From Nemertoderma westbladi (Eukaryota > Animalia > Xenacoelomorpha): a stretch of 46,756 nt of DNA. A program made the position numbers and the translations under genes. The stretch's first letter is position 1, and each line of letters opens with the position of its first letter. Shown here in pieces: positions 33,755-42,585 of the stretch. The notes under the pieces were generated by a model, which saw only the letters and a list, made by a program, of their open reading frames with translations, ran no database searches and was not told the DNA's origin. The stretch is from NCBI GenBank assembly GCA_032718475.1, contig JAUCBJ010008692.1:1-46756 (forward strand), written 5' to 3'.

Positions 33755-35990
33755 AGACAGACATTATATTTTCATCATCTTCTGTAACAGAATAATCAGC
33801 TGTATTTTTAATACTTAGGCAATCAACTGACCCCAACTTGGTATGTTTATTAATCCTTATAGGAAATTCATTCAGATTCATTACCTGTACGGGAATACGC
33901 TGCAGATCATCTGGATATGAAATTGCAGTTGCAGCACAAACTCCATGTCGTTTATTTACATTCACACCTTGAGTAAATAATAATGGTTGTTTATTCGAGA
34001 TAGGCAATGGTGAACTGAGCTCCCCTGATATCATCAAACGACTTCGTGGTGGTATAGTTACTATCTCGTTACACCACACAGCAGACACTGATCCATCACC
34101 CATTGGTCTCGATATTGTCTCTGTGGCAACGTCTTGCCCATTAACTATTAATACCATTTCTCCGCAAAAATTCCATTTCAATCCGCACTCAAATGCTCCT
34201 AATATATCCAGACCAATTAGAAATTCATGACTCGGCTTCCTATTAACTTGTAATTCTACCAAATGTTCTACTCCACCCAAACACATTTTTATTTTTACAC
34301 AACCCACAATATCTAGTGGATGCCCAGAAGCTGACTTTGTTTCAAAATATGGTTTCCTCAACTCAAACTTCATTGAACTGCATGATTGTATTTCTTCCAA
34401 TACATCACTAGAAATTATAGATATTTCGCACCCAGTATCAACAAAAGCTCTCTTAGGAATACCCTCCAAACTCGAAAAAACAAAGCAACGTCTTAAGCAT
34501 TGACCCTTCAATTGTAAATTAAATGATTTCTTCTGCTCAATTGTAACTGCAGATGAAGTAATAGGCTCTAGTTTGGATTTAACATCTACCATTTCATCAT
34601 CCCTATAATCATCTTGGGTAAGATTTAATTTATCGAAGCCAACTTGAACTAAACTACAACCAGTTTCTTTAGAGGTAGATTCACGACAATTATCATTAGA
34701 TTTGCTACTATGCTTCAATTTTTCCTTAAAACAGTCCATCTTTCGGTGCCCCAATTTTCCACAACCATAACACTTTACTGGGTTTCTACAATCTTTGGCC
34801 ATATGCCCAATTCTACTACAATTAAAACAAGTAATCTTCGGTTTTGTTGAACTCGAGTCAGAATAATTACTTGAGATTGGTTTAGAATTGCCCCTAATTG
34901 CATTTGTCTCCACTTCATTTGTGTTAACAATTGATTTGACAACTGTATTTGAAAGCTCCATATCTAAAGCATAAGCTTTTCGAAATAACTCTTTCCAGGT
35001 TGATTGCACATTCAATCGTCGCCATCCTCGAAGTCTTCCACTCAACTCACAACGAACATTAGATGCAAAGAAATCCTGTAGTATAGACTCTTCTCCATTC
35101 CCATCGAACTGTTCCCTACGACGGCGAACAGCCATCATGAATCGCTCTACGAATTCCGGCAAAGACTCATTGATCCCTTGTTTACATGTTGCTATATTAG
35201 AAGCTGTATTCTCCTTATGATCAGATAATAAATCAATAACAGCTTTCTTCAATGACAGATAATCACTTCTGTCATCCTCTTCTAATGTTTCCTCCAACAT
35301 CGTGTGTAAACGACCAACTTTAGCCAGTAAACGATCCCTACGTTCATCCTGTGGAACCCTGGAGTCATCCATAATTCGATCATAATAATCATCAAACCAT
35401 GTTTGTTTAGACATCTTCTTTGGGTCGAAAGGTGGTATGGTCTCTGATAACTTCGTGCAGCGATGTATCTGGTGAGCACCTGTTCCTCTACTACCCCGGC
35501 CACTATCATCACCATGGTCACGGCGACCACTATTTGGTTCATTTGCAGTGTCTCTTTCATTCGATAACATATCCTGAAGTTCTCTAAAACGACTATCTTC
35601 AGTCACCTTATGACTCTCCATTAAATTGGAAAAGAACTCATTTTGTTGCATAGCCATCGCTCTAGAATGTTCCTGCATAAATTGGTATTGTCTATCCATC
35701 ATTGCTGTCGTCTGTTGTTGCATCAACTCGGCTTGATTCAACATCATTTGTTTAAACATCTCCATCATTCCCCATGTTGATTCACCCTTACCAGAAGTGA
35801 CACTACCGTCATCTTCTTTGTTAAGTTGCTGACCATGACCTTGACTTTGACCCTGGCCCTTCTTGGTCGGGTCGTCCTTCTTCGACATTTGTTTGGCAGC
35901 TTCAATATCCTTGTGATATTGACGACGTACGTCCAGTGGGTTTTGACGAGTTATCCTCTTCTCCAGTTTAAACAAAAAAAACAACAACAA
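33729..35990 (-). CDS. gag: Gypsy Gag-protease
   Basis: Two CCHC knuckles (CFNCSRIGHMAKDC, CYGCGKLGHRKMDC), protease FVDTGCEISII..IGLDIL; first ATG is internal (MSKKDD), so the true start is uncertain. Confidence 0.88.
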   Translation of the reverse strand: MLLFFLFKLEKRITRQNPLDVRRQYHKDIEAAKQMSKKDDPTKKGQGQSQGHGQQLNKEDDGSVTSGKGESTWGMMEMFKQMMLNQAELMQQQTTAMMDRQYQFMQEHSRAMAMQQNEFFSNLMESHKVTEDSRFRELQDMLSNERDTANEPNSGRRDHGDDSGRGSRGTGAHQIHRCTKLSETIPPFDPKKMSKQTWFDDYYDRIMDDSRVPQDERRDRLLAKVGRLHTMLEETLEEDDRSDYLSLKKAVIDLLSDHKENTASNIATCKQGINESLPEFVERFMMAVRRRREQFDGNGEESILQDFFASNVRCELSGRLRGWRRLNVQSTWKELFRKAYALDMELSNTVVKSIVNTNEVETNAIRGNSKPISSNYSDSSSTKPKITCFNCSRIGHMAKDCRNPVKCYGCGKLGHRKMDCFKEKLKHSSKSNDNCRESTSKETGCSLVQVGFDKLNLTQDDYRDDEMVDVKSKLEPITSSAVTIEQKKSFNLQLKGQCLRRCFVFSSLEGIPKRAFVDTGCEISIISSDVLEEIQSCSSMKFELRKPYFETKSASGHPLDIVGCVKIKMCLGGVEHLVELQVNRKPSHEFLIGLDILGAFECGLKWNFCGEMVLIVNGQDVATETISRPMGDGSVSAVWCNEIVTIPPRSRLMISGELSSPLPISNKQPLLFTQGVNVNKRHGVCAATAISYPDDLQRIPVQVMNLNEFPIRINKHTKLGSVDCLSIKNTADYSVTEDDENIMSVYASGREVS

Positions 35991-36066
35991 CTGAAATGGC
36001 TGGCGATCATAAGCCTGTGAAACTCCAATCCATTAAATTAAACGCTGTTCTCCAGTGGATGCAGTT

Positions 36067-36079
36067 GGTGGGACCTCCA
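36067..36079 (-). promoter_or_regulatory. Primer-binding site complementary to the tRNA-Gln 3' end
   Basis: TGGAGGTCCCACC directly after the 5' LTR; complement of GGTGGGACCT-CCA, the 3' end of metazoan tRNA-Gln. Confidence 0.85.
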
Positions 36080-36315
36080 TGTGATAAGTTCTTCTTGCCC
36101 TCCCCCGGGTTATATCTGCACCGACCACAATTGATGCTAAACTCCAATATGATATGATAAGAATAACAAACATACATATATTAATTAAGCAACAATAAAT
36201 TCATTAATCACAGACTTATGTCACCATTGTAAATACCGATAGGCTACCAACTAATTAGCATTAGGCCTACATAAATAATTATTGCAGTAATCGGGTATAC
36301 ACTATTCCCCTTACA
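36080..36315 (-). repeat. Gypsy 5' LTR
   Basis: Direct repeat of 30204-30439. Confidence 0.95.
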
Positions 36316-36319
36316 CCAA

Positions 36320-37291
36320 TTTATAACTGATGGTGTCATAAATATTCTGGTTGAATGTACGAATCAACGTATTAATACAGCAAACATTAAAAACTTGGAA
36401 ACTGTAAGTCAAAATAACAAACCTCCATTACCGGTATTAAAAAATGTAAATAATGGTGAAATTAGGAAATTCATTGGAATTACGTTTCTTATGGGGATCA
36501 TAAAGAAACCAACGGTACATAGTTACTGGTCTACAAGAGCAAACATTGCAACGCCGCATTTAGCATTGCTTATGTCACGAAATCGTTACCTCCAGATCCT
36601 CCGTTATATTCGGTTTTCAAACATAAATTATTTTGATAAGGATGATAAGACTACACGATTGAAAGACTTTATGGATGAAATTCATAAGGTTGTCGCAGTC
36701 TTCATCAGTTCAAAGGAGCTCTCACTTGATGAGTCTTTGCTTCTGCATAAAGGGAGGTTATATTTCCGTCAATATATAAGAAATAAAAGAGCCAGATTTG
36801 GAATCAAACTCTATATATTGTGTGACATGTATGGATACATGTTATCCACATTTGTATATTTCGGAAAGAAGTCATTCATAGATTGTACTGAAGTAGGGTT
36901 CTCTTCTTTGAGTAAATCGGAGCAGGTTGTGGTTGCATTGCTCTCCAAAGCTAAATACTTAGATAAGGGTTACTCTGTAAGTATTGACAATTGGTATAAC
37001 AGTATCCGGCTAATTACATTTCTTCATAGTAGAAAAACAGGTATTAGGGGAACCATGAACATAGCACGAGGTATGCCCGAACTTATATTGAATAAGTCGT
37101 TGAATCCATTAGAATCTGCATTTGCCCGAAATGACAAAGGAAATGGGCCTTTACTTGCAGTCAAATTTTCTGATAAGAAAATAGTAAATTTTATGACATC
37201 ATTTGATAATTCAAATCTTGTAGATAAATCACATTACAAGTCTGGCGGAGAACATGTTGATTACAAAAAACCAGAGGCCATTCATAACTAA
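36320..37291 (+). pseudogene. piggyBac transposase core (DDE_Tnp_1_7-like), truncated before the third Asp
   Basis: YWST, MSRNRY, SLDESLLLHKGR, KRARFGIK, IDNWYNS, GIRGT; stops at KPEAIHN before the expected MGGVD. Confidence 0.9.
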
Positions 37292-37348
37292 TAAGAGGGT
37301 TTAGTTTGACTTGTAATATGTTTGGCATTTACTAGATCAATAGCTAAT

Positions 37349-37896
37349 TGTGGCGGGATCCAGATGAGATCCCGGTTTATCCGTTTGTTAGTTCACTCGT
37401 CCCCGCCGTGTATGAAAGATAAAGGAGTTTGTGCTGTTCGTCGTATATAATATTTGGGTATACAGATATAGATATAGGTATAGATATGAGATAATATGGT
37501 TGTTGTATACGGAAGGCGGGATACGGTAACTAAAGTCCCGGTCCTTCCCTAGCTAAACTATCTAACCTAAACTAGCACCAATATTGCACTGAGATAACTG
37601 AATTGATATGATTACTGCCAAGTGGCTATATTGCACGGTTGGCCTTGTTACTCTACCTAATCGATGCCTTTCCCCCCTCTGATTGGTTGATACCCTTGTT
37701 GGCGCCCTTTGGAGTGTTCCCGTTCACTCCACCTGTTCTCTCTGGGTTAGGGGTTTCGCCCCTGACCCTCGTTGTGTGTTTCCTTCCCATTCTTATTGGG
37801 ATGGCACGAGTTGGTTAATTGCCCAATCTCGTGGCTCCCAAATATTGCTTATCGGCTTAACTTTATGGGGTGTTAGCGGGATTGAATAAGCTAACA
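37349..37896 (-). repeat. Putative 3' LTR of element 3 (~548 bp)
   Basis: Starts TGTTAGC right after the PPT; probable end GATCCCGCCACA at 37349; partner LTR is outside the window so the left boundary is unverified. Confidence 0.6.
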
Positions 37897-38609
37897 CTCC
37901 CCCCCATGCTATCTTCCCGGTAAGAAGATAGCATCAACCAAAAAAGTGCGCTACAATCCCGCTGGATCCCGATCTAGTATCGGGTGTGGGGTGGAGTTCT
38001 TTTCTCTCGGAGCCGGCTTTCCAGGCCGCTCCCTATGGGTATGATAACGCTACCCTGTGTGCCTGGCGTCTCATGTCGGGCCGATCGCGCTCACCTCTCA
38101 CGCAACTTTTGTTTCCCCAACACTTCCGCCCTATCTCTTCTTCACTCTCATCCTAACTCTCTCATACACTCGGACCTCCTCGTCCCTCACTCAGCCTCTT
38201 ATTCTCCCCCCCCCACACTAGAATTGCGTCCGCACTCTCTCTGCACTTCGCTCTATTACTCCGTCCCTCAACCCCACTTTGACTACCTCATTCCTCCTGA
38301 CGAATCTCCCCCCCCCCCTCTTGTGCCGTCGCACTCAAGAAGTGTGAAATTGTCTGGTGTCTCGTCCATAGTGCCATAGTCAGTTATCCCCCAGTCCCAG
38401 TAGCTAATTGAGAAAGGTTGTATGACTATAGTACTTACTCCGAACGTATATATTTGTAGATTACTAATTACTACGTACGTACATACAAATTGCACTTATA
38501 TGATTATTTGCATTAATTAAATTTGTACTTAATAGTTCGTACGTCCCACGCGGCGCCTTCCAGGCGCACCACGTCCAAGTCTCAGTTTCTCTCCCTCGGC
38601 TCTGGGAAC

Positions 38610-40166
38610 CTATCTGTTCCTCTGGGGATAGTTCCCCCTGGCGTCCTCTTCCCTGGGTCGTTTCTTGGTTACCACCGTTCCTCTGGGATCCGCTTTCTGC
38701 TTTCGGACCTTCGCCGCCACCTCCCTGCTGATCCCGGTCGTTGGCTCCTTGGGCGCTGGTGTTATTAGTGCCCGATATCGCTTCGCCGGTGGCCCCTCAG
38801 AGTGGCCCGGTTGTCTCCCTCTGGTGGCGTCCCATAGGATCATCTTCATTGCTTGTGGTACGTGCTCCGCCAAGAAATCCCTAAATTCCCTTCGGTTCTG
38901 TGGCGTCCACCTGTCCAAATATCTTTGCGTGTTCATCACTCCGGCGTACGACGCCGCCGTTGCTACCTCTTGGTAGGTAAACGGTAGCCTCCGCTTTATG
39001 ATTTCCATGTGAGTCTCCTGATTGATAAGGAAGAAACCCCACTTGAACTCCTGGGCCTTCATGCGCTGACGCGTCATGGCCCCGACGTCGGCCCACTCCT
39101 CGAATCTTGTGAACTTCTCCTCGTCGTTCATCCAGTCGCACTCGCGTCCGTAGTGTCCCCGAAAGTGGCACTTTGGACATCGATTATGCAACCGTGGACA
39201 CGCCCCCATCCTGTGGCTTGGCTCTCGGCAGTAGAGACAAAAGGTTCCCTTCTGGAACCGGTACAAGCAGCTCCTTTCCTGGTGGGTCTGTCTCCCACAG
39301 TAGTCGCAGCCGAGTACCAATGTCTCCCGTCCCACCTCGTCTTTCGTCCCAAGCGATCTCCGCGGTCTGTGGAGTCGCTGGTAGGCGAACTTCTCCACGT
39401 TGGTGTCTCTATCTACGTCGATCTCTCCGCCCCTCTCGGGCATCGTCTCCCCGAATACTATCCGTGGTGCCGTCCCCGGTTGCTCGCCCAACCTGATAGT
39501 GCTCCCCGCGAAATCCATCGCCGGCTCCTCGTGCACCCAGGTCCGCTTGCCGGATCTGTTCCAGAAGGCCCTCGCCCCACTGGCCGTCACCACCCTTCCG
39601 CCAACCCAGTCCGTGTCCGAGTGGCCTATCCTCTCGATGGGCGGCATCTCTCCGAACTCGTCGTCGTCGTCCTCCTCCTCTGGCAGTGACTCCAACCCCG
39701 GTATCCCGATGGATCCACTATGTCCCTTCCCGCCTTGGCTCTCGCCCGTAGCTCTCCATCCCTCTAACTCCCTTAACTTCCTTGGCGGTTGGTCGCCTTC
39801 GGCGCCCGCTGGTATGGGCATCGTTTGCAACCCCGACGTCGACTGTTTCGGTGATCCCACCGTCCATCCCAGTTCTCGCCCTAGAGACTCCCCCGAACTC
39901 CCTGATGAAGTCCAATGAAGTTCGTCTAGGCCTGCCTGTTCCTCGAAGCCGTAACTCTGTGTCCTGGCCTCCTCTTCCCTCTCCTCTGCTTCTATCCTCT
40001 CCCGTCTGGCGACTTCTTCCAGTCGCTTTGCTTCTCGTCTATCCGTTTCTAGCTGCTCCCATCTCTGATACGGCGTATCTGTCTCCCCGTCTACCAGATG
40101 CCGGCTGTTGTAGTACACCGACTCGCCCTTCAGCCCCGGGTGGTCTACCAGACCGTCGAAGGCCAC
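38610..40166 (-). CDS. Accessory ORF of element 3, C-terminal part: triple CCHC knuckle domain homologous to element 1 ORF4
   Basis: CDYCGRQTHQERSC, CLYCREPSHRMGAC, CPKCHFRGHYGREC, then FEEWAD..RQR..WGFF; basic tail (PPAKRYR, KKRPR). Confidence 0.82.
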   Translation of the reverse strand: MAFDGLVDHPGLKGESVYYNSRHLVDGETDTPYQRWEQLETDRREAKRLEEVARRERIEAEEREEEARTQSYGFEEQAGLDELHWTSSGSSGESLGRELGWTVGSPKQSTSGLQTMPIPAGAEGDQPPRKLRELEGWRATGESQGGKGHSGSIGIPGLESLPEEEDDDDEFGEMPPIERIGHSDTDWVGGRVVTASGARAFWNRSGKRTWVHEEPAMDFAGSTIRLGEQPGTAPRIVFGETMPERGGEIDVDRDTNVEKFAYQRLHRPRRSLGTKDEVGRETLVLGCDYCGRQTHQERSCLYRFQKGTFCLYCREPSHRMGACPRLHNRCPKCHFRGHYGRECDWMNDEEKFTRFEEWADVGAMTRQRMKAQEFKWGFFLINQETHMEIIKRRLPFTYQEVATAASYAGVMNTQRYLDRWTPQNRREFRDFLAEHVPQAMKMILWDATRGRQPGHSEGPPAKRYRALITPAPKEPTTGISREVAAKVRKQKADPRGTVVTKKRPREEDARGNYPQRNR

Positions 40167-41155
40167 TTAAAGGCTCTCCTGTAGCTTAGGGGTGATCCCG
40201 ATAACAGAAATGCCCCTGGTTCCCTCTCGATAACCACGGTCATGAATAAGTTAAGCAAACTTATCATCATCCAGTCCTCCTGCAGGATATATCGCTTCTG
40301 ATATACCTTTATCGCTCCCCTGCGGAATTGATATACCTCCTGCTTTCCCGGTCTCGCTCCCCACTTTAGCGAGTTCGCTAGTTCTGCTCCGTATTCTTCC
40401 CTAAACTTCCCCCAATCCATCGGTTTGTGGCACACGAGCCCCAATAATTGGCCCATTGCCACCGCCCCGCATTGGCCTGTGTTTTCGACTACCCCCAACC
40501 CATCCGGTGCCGTCATAGCCATAAAGACCTTCTGCATATCCAGGAGGTTGGTGGCGTCCGGACCGATGATTCTCTCCGCATCCTCGCGAATCGCCGATCC
40601 CACTTTCGTCGTCGACTTCTCTCTTACCAAGACTTGTACCGCTTTCGGTAACCGGTTTAATTTCGGCCCGTCCTTCTTCCCATACGTTCCTAGATCGAAT
40701 AAGAAGATGTCCCCATTTGGCGCGGCCAAATGTAGGAGTATGGTCCTGGCCGACCCCGCCGTTCCTCGTCTCGAACCCGCCTCGTCTTCCACGGTTCCCT
40801 CGTCGTCTAGGATCATATATCCTCCTCTGTTGACGGACTCTATGAATCTCTTCCAGTCCTTCCTCGGTGATTCCCTCGGGTACTTCGGAATCCCGAACTT
40901 CGCCTCGTCCCCTTTCACCACGTAGTGGAAGTGTTGGAAGATCGCGTTGTCCAGCGACGGCGTCCCGTAGGTCCCGACCAGCCGCTGTTCGTGCATCTCC
41001 CTGAAGTGATCCTGCAGCGCTCGCGCCGCGTGACCCCTTTCCAACCTCTCGTAGTATCCTCTCGTCTTCTCTTCCGGATGCCTCTCGGTGAAATCCACCA
41101 GTATCTCCTTTCCTCCTGACTCCGCCTTTCTCTTCCTGATCAACTTGCTCGCCAT
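40145..41155 (-). CDS. Accessory ORF of element 3, N-terminal part: DEDDy (WRN/RNase D/EXD-like) 3'-5' exonuclease
   Basis: ILDDEG (ExoI), LLHLA..IFLFD, LPKAV..TKVGSAIRED (ExoII), LLDMQ, QKRYILQED (ExoIII-like); ATG at 41155 downstream of acceptor-like CTTGCAG. Confidence 0.72.
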   Translation of the reverse strand: MASKLIRKRKAESGGKEILVDFTERHPEEKTRGYYERLERGHAARALQDHFREMHEQRLVGTYGTPSLDNAIFQHFHYVVKGDEAKFGIPKYPRESPRKDWKRFIESVNRGGYMILDDEGTVEDEAGSRRGTAGSARTILLHLAAPNGDIFLFDLGTYGKKDGPKLNRLPKAVQVLVREKSTTKVGSAIREDAERIIGPDATNLLDMQKVFMAMTAPDGLGVVENTGQCGAVAMGQLLGLVCHKPMDWGKFREEYGAELANSLKWGARPGKQEVYQFRRGAIKVYQKRYILQEDWMMISLLNLFMTVVIEREPGAFLLSGSPLSYRRAFKWPSTVW

Positions 41156-41643
41156 TCCGAACACTCACTCGCTCACCTGCAAGGTGGTGCCTTACCAAGG
41201 CGCAATACAGATGAGTGATGTATCTAGGATGTTCTGTACGGTTCGATAATGGCCTATTTCTTACTTAACTGCGCCTTTTAACCTAAATTATTACTAATTA
41301 ATTTTGAAGCTAGTAAATGAGCGTAATTTACGATTTCTGTCCGTTACTTTTATTATGTTCTAGAATAACTTTCCTTGTGTTGCCATTATTTGTAACTTTC
41401 AGCCCTATTCTATTTATTCATCTATTTAATTTGATTCTACTGTCCTACTACTTACTACTGCCTATGGATTATTCTATTCTCTAATCCACATTCTGGCCTA
41501 CTCTGTGGGCCTATGCAGTACAGCAGTATGCGTCGTGTGGCCACACGATTTACCCAGCTGTACTCATATGCCCCCCTCTCGCTACTAACTGCTAACTAAT
41601 ATCTATATCTTATATACCCCTTTTACCTCTTACTCTCTCTCTT

Positions 41644-42396
41644 CTAACTAACGGTACTACGTACCCTCTAACTCTAATTCTAACTAACTAACGGTACTAC
41701 GTACCCTCTAACTCTCCTCTAACTAACGGTACTACGTACCCTCTAACTCTTCTCTAACTAACGGTACTACGTACCCTCTAACTCTCCTCTAACTAACGGT
41801 ACTACGTACCCTCTAACTCTAACTAACTAGCGGTACTTACGTACCCTCTAACTCTCTAACTAACTAACGGTACTAGTACCCTCTAACTCTCTAACTAACT
41901 AGCGGTACTACGTACCCTCTAACTCTCTAACTAACTAACGGTACTTACGTACCCTCTAACTCTCTAACTAACTAGCGGTACTTACGTACCCTCTAACTCT
42001 CTAACTAACTAGCGGTACTACGTACCCTCTAACTCTAACTAACTAGCGGTACTTACGTACCCTCTAACTCTCTAACTAACTAGCGGTACTTACGTACCCT
42101 CTAACTCTCTAACTAACTAGCGGTACTACGTACCCTCTAACTCTAACTAACTAGCGGTACTTACGTACCCTCTAACTCTCTAACTAACTAGCGGTACTAC
42201 GTACCCTCTAACTCTCTAACTAACTAACGGTACTTACGTACCCTCTAACTCTCTAACTAACTAGCGGTACTACGTACCCTCTAACTCTCTAACTAACTAA
42301 CGGTACTTACGTACCCTCTAACTCTCTAACTAACTATCGGTACTACGTACCTCCTAACTCTCTAACTAACTAGGTACTACGTACCTCTTAACTAAC
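41644..42396. repeat. Minisatellite, ~34-40-bp unit x~21, each with a GGTAC-N(2-4)-GTACC hairpin
   Basis: CTAACTAACTAGCGGTACT(T)ACGTACCCTCTAACTCT repeated head to tail. Confidence 0.95.
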
Positions 42397-42585
42397 TTCT
42401 GCCTACTAACTGCGTACCTACTATGTACTTATTATTTTTATTTTTATTTTCTATTTTTTTGTGTGGGAAGGGCGTCTCGCCCTCAATCCCACCCCCCTCA
42501 GTCCAAATCTTGGACGACTAAACTCTTCTCTAACTCCACTAAGGTGCTCCTTCTAGCAGACAGGTAACACCTCTGCCCGCACCTT

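Larger units (their letters stand above)
30204..36315 (-). mobile_element. Ty3/Gypsy LTR retrotransposon (6.1 kb)
   Basis: 236-bp LTRs, 4-bp TSD CCAA (30200-30203, 36316-36319), PBS, PPT GTGAGGGAGGA, gag-PR-RT-RH-IN order. Confidence 0.97.
29545..37291 (+). mobile_element. piggyBac DNA transposon (PGBD4-like), interrupted by Gypsy, 3' end not in window
   Basis: TTAA|CCCTTTGCCG terminus; two palindromic subterminal repeats CCATGGCCTAAC(AG/TG)TTAGGTCA (29556-29577, 29590-29611); transposase split by the Gypsy insertion. Confidence 0.9.

Noticed and set aside
37295-37303. AGGGTTTA as the piggyBac right end
   Set aside because: Does not match the left TIR complement CGGCAAAGGG, lacks TTAA, and the LINE does not resume after it.
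41644-42396. CRISPR-like array (also considered for 23440-23753)
   Set aside because: No unique spacers, no cas genes, eukaryotic context; these are minisatellites.
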